In this document: positions 52,901 to 64,000 of the stretch, piece after piece
How positions within the stretch are numbered: position 1 is the stretch's first letter
How the letters are laid out: each line of letters opens with the position of its first letter
Assembly: GCF_009914755.1 (NCBI RefSeq)
Contig: NC_060934.1
Origin: the human T2T-CHM13v2.0 reference genome, Homo sapiens
Length of the DNA: 64,000 nucleotides
Strand: one strand, 5' to 3'
The notes under the pieces: model-generated
Told to the model about the DNA's origin: nothing
The model's database searches: none
The model's input: only the letters and a program-made list of their open reading frames with translations
Translations under genes and position numbers: made by a program

Positions 52901-55082
52901 CCCAGGGCTCAGTGTGCCCAGTATATGCACAGAGCAGGACTGCCAAGGTCTCATTCCACTGCCCACGGGTGCCCCACTTTCCAGAGGAGGAGGCCAAGGC
53001 CAGGGGACTCCAGCCCACACAGCCTGTGAGAGGCAGGGCCAAGCTCAGGCCTCCTGGGATCCCAGGCCAGTGCTAGGGAGAGTCTGAAGCAACTGTGAGG
53101 ACAGAAGAAGGGTCAGGAGACCTCCAGGAGGCCTCGGCCCCTCCTGGAGGTGCCATGCTCAGCCCCAGGACCCTGCCATCCCACTCTGAGAAGGTTTCTC
53201 AGCCCCAGAGACCTGCTCTGCCAGGGCAGGACCCCCAGCAAGTCCACCGTCCCCAGTCCCTGGAGCACCCCACATGTGCCCCTTACAGAGCCCTGGCTGT
53301 CTCTCCTGCCCTTCCCTGGCTCCCAGAAGCCCAGAAGGCCAGAATCTCGCGAGTGGGAGGAACCACGTGGGGAGTCTTGGCTTTTAGAAGCCCTGGAGCA
53401 AGGACTTCCTGCTACGCCTCCACAGGGGGCATTGAGCCTGTGCCCTGAACTGGGCCTGGGTGTGCACAGGTCTGCAGCTGCACATGCACACACGCATGCA
53501 TGCACACAGGGAGCGAGCGGAACGCACCGTGGCATGACCTGCCAACTCCGTTTTAAGTCAACTGACAAGGAAGTGAGTGGCCAAGGCAGACCCATGGCTC
53601 CAGAACCCCAAGGGAGGTAGCTCAGGAGCTTCCTGCTAAGCTCTTGGGTCCCCTGGACTTGGCAGCAGCCTGCAGCGGCATGAGCCTCTGTGCAAGTGTG
53701 CACAGGTGCATCGGTGAGGGGCGGACATGCCCGTGTACACCCTCGCCCCTTGGCAGCCCCGCGTACGTACATGGTGTGGGTGGCTGTGCAGAGCCCTGTG
53801 TGTTCCACCCATCTCCAGGGACTGGGCAGCCACAGGCAGCTCCAGATTTCTAAAAGTGATAAAAATAGCCACATGGAAAATTGGGAGAATCCCACCGAGG
53901 GAGGAAAACAGGCAACCACTAGCATCTCTTCTAGAAAATGTCTTTCTATTTCCCTGGCCGTGGACTGCCTGCAGCCACGTAGAGAGATGGCCACCATCCA
54001 TCATGTGGCCCTGCGTCCCCTCTTCTAGCTGAGTACGAAGTGAAACAGAGCTCTGGCTGTGCGGTCCTGGAGACCTGGGTTTGAATCCCAACTTAGCCAT
54101 TACTGGCGGCAAGAGCTTCGACAAGTTTCTGAAATGCTCTGAGCCTTGGTTTCCCCCGTGTAAGTAGGGATAATAAGATCGATCAGGCAGGCAGTCGAGA
54201 AGCTTTAAGGAGCTCATGAGTACCAAGCACATGGCTGGAATTCAGTTAACAATAGCCACCATCACCATCATCATCACCATTTTATGGACATCTGCCTAAA
54301 TCTCAGGTGTCCAAGGCCTTTGGACTCTATCTCCTCTACCAGCCAACCTTCTGAAAGCCCAGGAGAGTCTGCAATCCATCATTTTATCTCTGAAGGATTA
54401 TATGGAAGTCTACCCAGACACCTTCAACAAACACAAGCCACTCATCCAAAATGGGTTCAGTGCTGAGGGGACCAGTGGGCGGTGGATGTGACCAGCCTCT
54501 GCCCCTCCCCTCCCAGCATGCTGGGTTTTCCCCTGGGGTCTCATTTAATCCTCACAGTAACTCTGTCAATTACCATCCACCGGCCCACAGCATGGAGAGG
54601 CCCAGAGAGGTGGAGAGACTTTTTCAAGGTCACACAGTGAGTGAGTGGCGGGACCCCTCCCCACGCCTGACTCCAGCCCAGCCTCTGCCTCCTGGCCTCT
54701 GAGCCTGATGTGCACTGGCACAAGGCGGGCACCCGTCCTGGGGGAGTGGAACGGAAGACTGTGGTCAGGCAGGCAGGAAACGGCCAGGAGGTCATGCGGG
54801 GGCAGGGGGAGCCTCTCCTGGGCCTAGTGAAATCCGCCAGGCTACAGGCTTTAAATGTGTAATCCTGAGTCACCGGGCTGGTCCCTGTCCCCTTGGAGGG
54901 ACCTGAAAGTCAGCTATAGAAAGCTGATGGTTCTGTGCAGAAAGCCAGACCTGGGCCTGACTAGCTGGAAAGGACCATGCAATGACAACCGGGAGTTCAG
55001 GGCCCTGGGTTTGGATGCCAGCTCTATCAGGCATGTCACCTCCTCCTTCTGGGCCTTAGTTTTCCTAGGTGGAAAAAGGGTA

Positions 55083-55096
55083 TATGTGCGTGCGCA

Positions 55097-55138
<42 letters not shown>
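55083..55138. repeat. Compound (TG)n(AG)n microsatellite
   Basis: Direct observation. Confidence 0.95.
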
Positions 55139-58100
55139 TTTAGGGAGGTGCTTCGGATGTGATAGCCTCTAATGTCTAAGCCAGTCTGACACAGAGAATT
55201 CACAGCTTTGCTGTGAGATGGGTGGATACAAGCAGCAATTTGGGGATGTAGCTGTATGTCCACCTGCTGCCCTCCTTGCCGCATGGCCACATGTGCCCCT
55301 CACACTTGCTCCACCTTCCAGTCCTCTACAGCCAGTGTTGGAGGAAGAGCCAAAGAAGTGAGAGCTCCGTGGGGTCTCTGTTCTCCCCACCCTCACCCCT
55401 TCCACCAAGACAGGCTCTCCAGGCCAAGGAGGTGAGGGGGCACGTGTCCCAGCTTATACGATCACCACCTTGTCTCAAGGAGACAAAGTCTGGGCCCAAG
55501 CCTTGGCGGCCAACTGCCCAGATGGAATGACAGGTCACAGAGTTGCTGAATTTAGAATTTTAAAAAATATTAGTGCCACAATAGCTTAAGTTCTTGGAGT
55601 CTCTAGAATTTGGGATAATGAATGTGTTGGAATTACAGACATGGAGAATCTTCATTTTAGAGAAGAATAATAACTGCAGTTGGAACACAGAAACACACGG
55701 AAGGTTTCAGAAGCACGTACTTGAGGTATACAGAATGATTATAGAATCTCACACTCTTAAAGTCACAAAACCAGAACACTCAAGTGTCAGAATCCTCCAT
55801 TGTGGGAAGCTTCACTTCTCAGAATAATAAAGCTGCAGTCACATGACCTAGGGAATCTGAGGTTGAACATCTGGAACCTCTGGATATCTAGAACCTCTGG
55901 AATGTTCATTTGGGAGTCTCCCGGAACCTTGTAATCTTGCATTCCCAGGACCTCAGGAGGATAATTGTGGTTATGATCACCTGCAGCCACCACAGCTGCC
56001 AGAGCACCCCACCATCTCAGACCTGGCAATGGTGCTTTTGCCCAGCTGCACGTCAGAATCACCTGGGGAGCTAGGAATATGCCCTTGGCCAGGCCCACCC
56101 TGGATCTACTGAATTCAAATTTCTAGCACCAAAAACCAAACCAAAACCAAAAAAAACCCAGGTGGTTCTAATGTGAAGCCGGAGATGGAATCACTGATCT
56201 TGTCTAACCTCTCCTCCATATTACACATAGGGAAACAGAGACTGCAAGTAACTGGCCTAAGGATACACAGCACTGGTCCCCAGGCTCTTCATCAATGTCA
56301 GGCCTCCCAAGCCTCTACTTGCTTCCTCTACCTGGACCCCTTGGGTCCAGGGTTCCTGTCCCTGACTCACCGCATCTGTCTCAGAGGACTTCTGCCCCTG
56401 GGGTATTCCTAATGATCTTGGGTACCATGAAGGCTAAGACACAGTGAGACACACTGAGTTGCTAGGCTCACAAAGCCAGCCCCTCCCGTCCTCCCATTGA
56501 CATGCTCAAAACCTCCAGGCTGCTTCAAGGGAGGTTGCTAAGGTCATCAAGGTCACTCCCCAGCCTCCAGGAAGGCCTGCAATGAAGAGGGGCCCCAGGC
56601 ACAGGGAATCAGAACCCAGGGCTCCTTGCTATGTGACCTTAGGTGAGTCCCTTGGCCCCTTGAGGTCAAAATGGTCTCAGGGCAGGATGGTGGGCAGAGG
56701 GCCTCTGGGAATCCGTTCCAGCTCTGCCTCTTGACCTCACACACACTGGCCACACATTTAAGGGGATGGAGTCTTCAGTGTCCTTGGCTGGCTTGCTCCT
56801 GATCAGTTGGGACGTTGCTTCTTATTTTTAACCTGGAATATTCCAACTGCAGTTTCAACCTTTTGCCTTCCTGGGTGAAGGTGGAGAATATCTGGTACAA
56901 ATGCCCTTTGTTCAGAAGAAACCCCTAGCCCTACTGAGCCCAGGCTGAGGGTACCCCCTCAGTCCTCCCTGCACCCTCTCCCAGGTCTGAAAGGCCTTGT
57001 TGATTCTGGTGGCAGCTGCACTCCCAACAAATGGTCTCATCAGAGGTTGTTGGAGTGACAGAGGCTGTTAGAGCCTCTGCCCAACTTCAGCTTAATTCTG
57101 ATGCACTCATATCTCCTAGGCAGTTGAGCAGGGCAGGGGTCTGGCTGGGCCACAGCATTTTCTCCAACGAGATGGGAATTTCCTGCCAAGAACCCCTTGT
57201 AGGCTATGGAAAGAAGGCCCAAGAGGCAGCCTCCGGGAATGGGGAACTGAGAAGCAAGAAATTCCTAGACCAGTGTTTCCCATGGGTGATGGGGGAAGCT
57301 TGTGAAAATGCAGACTCTGACCCAGCAGGACTGGGGTGGAGCCTGAGGACCCGGGCTGCGCATTTTTGATAAGCTCCAGGTACTGCCACTGCTGCCGGTC
57401 CACTGACCACACTTTTAGGCAAAGCCTTTAGATGTTCATAAATAAAAGTATTTTTATTCCTACAAAGCTCTTAACTTTTGTTCAGCTTGGCTTTCGTCAT
57501 TTCCAGCTTTGTTAGCTCATAAGACCTACACAGCAGCCTAGAGGGACAGGATGCATATTGCTGGGTCCACTGCACAGAAGGGGAAATTGAGGTGTGGCAA
57601 GGGCAATGGGCTTATTCAAGGTCGCCCACTTGGCTCTGCTCCTTCCTCTAAACTCCTCACCTATGGCTGGTTAGAACCAAACGCGTTGGTAATGAGTGGC
57701 CTCACTGAGTAATTCCTTGTCTTGCCTCCAACTCAGCTATGTGGTCCAAGGCTGCTGGGGGTGTCCAGGGGGCCCTTGATGAACTGTGCTGGCTCTCTGA
57801 GGCCTGAGCTGGTGGGATAAGGTGGGGAGGAGGGGATTAGAAATCACCCAGGGCTCAAATCCCAGCCATGCCCTTGGCTCCTGTGTGACTCTGGGCGAAT
57901 CCCTTGACGTCTCTGAAGACATCAGTGATGTGCTGGTACATGGAGGATGCTCAGTCAACATTAGCTCCCTGCCTTTCTTTCCTCCTCCACATCCTGAGTC
58001 TTGTTCATTTCTTCCTTTTTTTGCACATATTTATGACAGCACAGCCTCTGAAGCAAGACTGCTGGGGAACATGTCCAAGCTGTGTGACCCTCGGCAAGTC

Positions 58101-61100
58101 ACTTAGCCTCTCTGTGCCTCAGTTTCCTCCTCTGTGCAATGGGGATAAGAAGAGTGTCCAGCACAAGGGCCATGAGAAGATTAGAGGAGTCAATGGGTGA
58201 AAAGTGCTCAGAGCAGTGCCCGGAACACAGTGAGCGCTCCCTGTGCGTGTAGCTGCTGTGCTGTTAATATGTTTCCCTTATGACAGGGCCCTGCTCAGAG
58301 TGGGCACCACGGCAGACACTGTGGATGGCGCACTGAAGCCACAGCAACGCAATGGCTCACACTTGCTGAGCACTCACTATGTGCCAGGTGCTGCGCTAAG
58401 TGATTTTCTGCCAGCCTTCCCCCTCCCCGGGATCACAATCAAAAGAGAATACAAAATACTAAGCCGTTTGTGCAGGGTGTTTTGGAGGAAGCCAGGCAGG
58501 GAGGAAGGCCTGGGTTCACAGTGCCTCCTGCAGCCTGATTTCTGCCAGGGCCGGAGATCAGCAGGTCTACAGCATGTCCTAGAGGATGGACCCCCATCCG
58601 TTGTTGTGGGCAGAGGGAGCAGTGGGAAAGGCACGGCCTAAGGTCAGACTGACTTGGCCTGATCCTAACCAGCTGTGGGACCAGGGGCAAGTTATGTAAT
58701 CTGTTACAAAAGAAAAGAGGAAGAAAGGATGAGAGACAGAGATGAAGAAAGAGAAGAAGAGTGGGCACATGGGCCACAGATGACATCCAGGTGAGTGTAA
58801 GAACCCAGCCAGCAAATGAGACGAAGGTGCTCCGTGAGCCAGGCATGAGGAAGGCCTGATGTCCTCGGGCTCCTCACCCCCATTCCATGCACATTTCTTC
58901 CCTGCACCTGCTGCCCCGTTTCTCTGAGCCCTGAGCCTTGGAATGGGAGGGAGTGGGGGCGGTGTGTTGAGGAGCCATGTCTCCAAGTCAGGCCAGGTCA
59001 GTGGTGCCAAGTCCTCTAACCCACAGGCTGGGATCTGGCCACCTTGCCCCAGCTGGGCCACCTCCCACTCCACACAAAGCCACTGGGAGCAGGAGGCACC
59101 CAACACAGGCTCCACCCTGGGCAGCCACCCCAGACATGGTGGAAAGGGAAAATGCTGCCCTCACAAATATGCCTCCAAGACCCCATGGCAGTTGAGGCAG
59201 GGGTCAGCTCACAGCAGCCACCAAGGCCTAAACACCCTCGCTCGCACACCTCTGATCATCTCAGCAAATGTGGCTGCTCGCTGGGCAGTGGAGCAAATGG
59301 TATAACTTCACAGTTCTCAAAGCGCGTTCACCTGTCTGATCGCCTCTGGATCTCACAGAAGCCCTGAGAGACAGGCTTCATTGCTGATGCCACTTCATGC
59401 ATGGGGGTGTGGGGGCCCAAGGGTAAGGTCAACTTGGCCAATGTTGAACAGCTAGAGAGACAGCCCTGGGATGAGAGCTCGGGCCTTCTGACCCCAAGGC
59501 CATGCTCCCTCTGCCCGCCAGGCAGACACAGACCTCGCCTGGGAAGTGACCTCAGGAAGTAGGAGACAGACTTGTGCCAGGACCGGCCCTGGGCTAGGCA
59601 CGACTCACCAAGGCAGGAGCACATGGGGCATAGAAGGGCATAGGGGCTGCACCATGCAAGAGGACGTGTTTGGGCTGAACCTGGGGGAGATGAGAGAGTC
59701 ACTGGCTAAGGCCATAGCACAGGTGGAGTGGGGATGAGAAGGCTGAGCAGAGGTCAAACGGCCCAGGCTGGGCTACCTTCCAGGACTGGGGCAGGGCAGA
59801 GTGAAGCCCACCCAAAGAGGGGCATTCTCTGTCCCCTAGGGGCCAGATGGGGATGGGGGAAAGATGAGAAACCTGGTTGAGATTTCTTACCTCTTGAGGG
59901 CCTTAAAACCAGGTTCTGGGGAAGGGGTGCTGTCCTGACAAGTTAGGGTTCAGAGAGGAGAGCTCTGAGGCCCTGGATGGTTGGGGAAGACTCCCTGAGA
60001 GAGGTGGGCTCAAGCTGGGCTCTGAAAGGGGGATAGGAGAGAAGAGATTCGGGAAAGGCATTGCAGACTCGGGGACAGTGTGAGCAAGGCCTTGAGGCTG
60101 AGAAGCCCAAGGGGTGTGTGCATGCACGCACGTTTGCATGTGTGCACATATGTGTCTGCGTGCATGCATGAAATTAAGCAGCTGCAGGGGTGGGTCAGGG
60201 AGAAGGAGAGGGGCTCCGGTGCGTGTTGCTTCCCAGGTATCCGGGCTGCTTCTCATCTCCCTCACACCAACCCTCCCATCAGGTACATGAGCCTCACTTT
60301 ACAAATGAGGGCAGATCTGGCTCAGGAAGCCCCACGGCCTAACAAGTGATACCAACAGTGAGGGCTGCCACTTACTTACTGAGTGCTTGTGGGATGCCAA
60401 GCCCTGCATTAGACGCTTTCCACACACACTCTGCAAGGATGGTGAACCCATTTTACAGATGCCTGGGAGAAGGTGGGCAACACGGCGAAGGACACACAGC
60501 TGGGAAAGAGCAAAAGTGAACTCTGAGTCCAGCTCAGTGAGACTCCGCTGCCTGGGGCTCTCCTGTTCTTACTGAGGTTGAGGGACCAAGGGATGTCCCA
60601 GCCAGAACCTTCCCCGGAGTCTTCACAGCAAAGGGCACTTGAGTTACTCCAAGACAAAGGAAAGCCATGTGAGAGGGGCAGGCCAAGGGCCTGGCACACT
60701 GGAGGCCCTTGGCAGGTGAGGAATAAATGAGTGAGTGAGTGAGCCTTTCTGGCATTCAGAGGAGGCCAGTCCCTCTGAGCTTGGAGGAAAGGAGAAATCA
60801 GAGAGGGCTTCCCAAAGGAGGTGACACTTGGAGCTATTCAGCTTAAGGATGCACTTGCTGTGCTCCAGCATTCCATTCACTAGGCCTTGCAGGTAGTTCA
60901 AGACCAGGACTGGTCCTGGCTCCTAGGCTCTGCCAACATCTCTGTCCCTAAGGCTCAGAAGCAGAGGGCTGGGAAGGTGAGGCCATTGACCCATCGAGAT
61001 TCCTGGGGACTCCTAATTATCATCTGCAATTCTTCTAAAAGCAGAACTGGCAGCTGAGGATGTGAAACTGGCCCTCCTAGGCTCTTTCCTGCCAGGCAAG

Positions 61101-61597
61101 AGGCAGCAGGAAGGATATAAAAGTGGCTCCCCATGAGCCCTCACACTCCATGCCCCACCCCTCCAATCCCCCACCCCTGCTCCACCCCCAGCAGCTGCTC
61201 CTAGGCAAGCACTTGGAGAGAGATTCCTCTTCCCTGGGCCATAGGGGAACTGACAGCCCACAGGCGGCACTGGGCACCTTCCAGCTGTGCATCGCCCCTC
61301 CTCCCACAGCACCCATCCTGGGCACAGCAGAGTCCCCCCAGCACAACCTGGGGGACTCAAAGTCATCTGGGCCTTCCCCTGTCCCCTCCCCAAGACCCCT
61401 GAGAAAGCACAGCCTTGTCACCTGGCCTCTCTGCAGCCCCTCCCAGAGGCAGCCCCTCCCTTAGGGAATGAGGGTGGGAAGGGAGGGCTCCAGCCACCTC
61501 TGTGGATCCCCACAGTGCTGAAGCAGTCTCTTAGAACCCTGGGACTTCTCAAGCCAGTTTGAAACAGCGGAATTGAGGCATAATAATAACGACAGTA

Positions 61598-61898
61598 GGC
61601 TGGGCATGGTGGCTCACGCCTGTAATCCCAGCACTTTGGGAGGCCGAGGCGGGCAGATCACTTGAGGCCAGGAGTTTGAGACCAGCCTGGCCAACATGGA
61701 GAAACCCTGTCTCTACTAAAAATACAAAAATTAGCCTAGTGTGGTGGTTCATGTCTATAGTTCCAGCTACTCAGGAGGCAGGAGAATCGCTTGAACTCGG
61801 GAAGCGGAGGCTGCAGTGAGCTGAGATCATGCCACTGCACTGCAGCCTGGGCAACAGAGCAAGTTTCTATCTCAAAATAATAATAATAATAATAATAA
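61598..61898 (+). mobile_element. AluS with (AAT)n tail; TSD ending in gacagta
   Basis: Full dimer with flanking repeat. Confidence 0.95.
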
Positions 61899-62514
61899 TG
61901 ACAGTAATTAACAGTCCTAAGAGTTACTACTTGCAGTGCAAGCAAGGTGCCAGGCACTGTTATAAACACTTCAGATAAAATAACTCGGTTAAGCTCACAA
62001 CATCCCATGAAGTAGGATGTTTTAATATCTTCATTTTACAGAGGAGGAAACTGAGGCCTAGAAAGACTGAATGAATTTTTCCCAAAGGCACATAGCACTG
62101 CTGCTACAAGGTGGCGCCAGGGGTGGAACGCAGGCAGGCTGGCTTCAGGGCTGTGCTCGAAGGCACCTCACTGAAAGGAGAGGGCTTCGGCAGGGCAAGG
62201 AGGAGAGCCTCGAGGCCCGGACACTGGGTTTGGGGCACTACCCTAACGTCAGCATCTATGCCAAAGCCACCACCTGCCAAACGGCAGGCACGACACCCCC
62301 AGCAACATCCATCCCAGCTGACATTCTCTGAGTGCTCACGACATTCCAGGTTCTGTGCCAAGTGCTGGAAGAACCTCAGCTGAGGCCCCTTGGCCAGCCA
62401 GCCCAGGCTCCAGAAGAACCCCCTGCAATGCTACCTTCAGCACCTATCCCCTGCTATGCCATCTGCCCTAGGCCCAGTCCTTCCTCAGTGGGAACACAGA
62501 ATGATGCTGTCTGT

Positions 62515-62612
62515 CCTCCCTCTTCTCCCTCTCCCTTCCCCCTCCCTCCCTTCCTCCCTCCCTCCCTTCCTCCCTCCCTCCCTTCTTTCCTTTCTTCCTT
62601 TCTTCCTTCCTT
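62515..62612. repeat. CT-rich (CCCT/CCTT)n simple repeat
   Basis: Direct observation. Confidence 0.9.
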
Positions 62613-62664
62613 CTGGATGTTTGCTAATGAGTAATGGGTGGCAGTATAACACTTTCTTTGCTAA

Positions 62665-63077
<413 letters not shown>

Positions 63078-64000
63078 TAGCCCCAGTGTTGTGAGAAAAC
63101 CTCAGTTTCCCCACCAGTATGTTGATGGGTCTGAACTAATCAATGGTGTTAAACTTTATAAGCCTGAGAGCCTTCCCTTCGCATGCTCCCTAACATGTGA
63201 GGTGGATATGTGTGAGGCTACCCTGGTGGGAAGAAGAGGCTAGGTCCCCCAGCTGGCCCACCATACCCCTCATCCTCTATCCCTATGCCACTCAGCTCTG
63301 GGGTTCTGAGGAGAAGCTTCTAGTCAGCCCACAATTCTGCCTAGCCTCAGTCCTTTTTGGCCTGTCCCCTCCCTGGGCTCTAGCCACTCTGGTCCCAGAG
63401 GACACCCAGACCTGCAGTGAGGTCAGGGTTGGAATGAGGGGTTGGAAACTGTAGGCAAGGGTCAGACATGGGCTGGGGGCCTCGGCCCTGCCTGCTGCCT
63501 CCAACAGCCTACTCCCTTCAAGGACCAGCCTGCTCTGGCCTGGGGAGGGGTGCAGGGGCTGGGGTCCGAGGGCTGCAGAGACCTGGGTGAGGAAGAAGGA
63601 GGACTGGGCCAGCCCCCTCTTTCCCTTGTCTCCTGCCCTTTCCCCAGCAAGACCCTGAGACTATTTACATCCTGCCTCTAAGATCTCAGCTGTTCTAGGA
63701 TTCCATTCTCTCTCGGCTCTATTTTTCTTCTTTTGCAATCTCCAAGAAACCCGAGCTGCCAGATGGGTGGGGGCGATGATTGTTTTCTGTCTAACATCTG
63801 GATTTCATTAGCAGCCCTGGGCATGCTGACTCAGGAATGGCAGTTCCCCTGGGCTCAGGCCCTCCCAGACCTCTCGCGGCGCCCGGTTCTTAGCTGGACA
63901 CAAGAGGCACAGGTGACAACACCCCTCAGACCTCCCTCAAAGGAGTAATGAGTACCACTAACAATGTCTCAGAAGTGATGGAAACGGGTTCTAGAGAGCT

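Noticed and set aside
53113-53997. 294-aa ORF on the minus strand
   Set aside because: It is intronic GC-rich sequence including simple (TG/CA) text, has no recognisable homology, and similar ORFs overlap it in other frames.

Overview
Human (or very close primate) genomic DNA, recognisable as the 3' half of ZCCHC24 on the minus strand (chr10q22.3 in human, by recall). The window holds two coding exons (35613-35777 and 27686-27799) that encode the ZAR1-like 3CxxC zinc-binding C-terminus. It also holds a ~4 kb 3'UTR ending near an ATTAAA signal at 23685-23690, and a long upstream intron that runs off the right end. The left ~15 kb is AT-rich and made of nested decayed transposons (old L1M, MLT1/MLT2 LTRs, MER47A, Alus). 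A strong CTCF site at ~16.1 kb and a ~2 kb TG-rich VNTR at 18.3-20.3 kb follow. Almost all ORFs in the supplied track are artefacts of repeats or GC-rich sequence. I found no convincing new protein-coding gene or new biological system. The best leads are regulatory or structural: a VNTR carrying about 20 CACGTG E-boxes, a cluster of Pumilio/ZCCHC24-type UGU motifs in ZCCHC24's own 3'UTR, a duplicated splice acceptor, a UGA-CGG stop with a long open extension, a 15-nt intron-exon complementarity, and two short locally templated inverted insertions in old L1 DNA. Repeat boundaries and subfamily names were judged by eye and are approximate.
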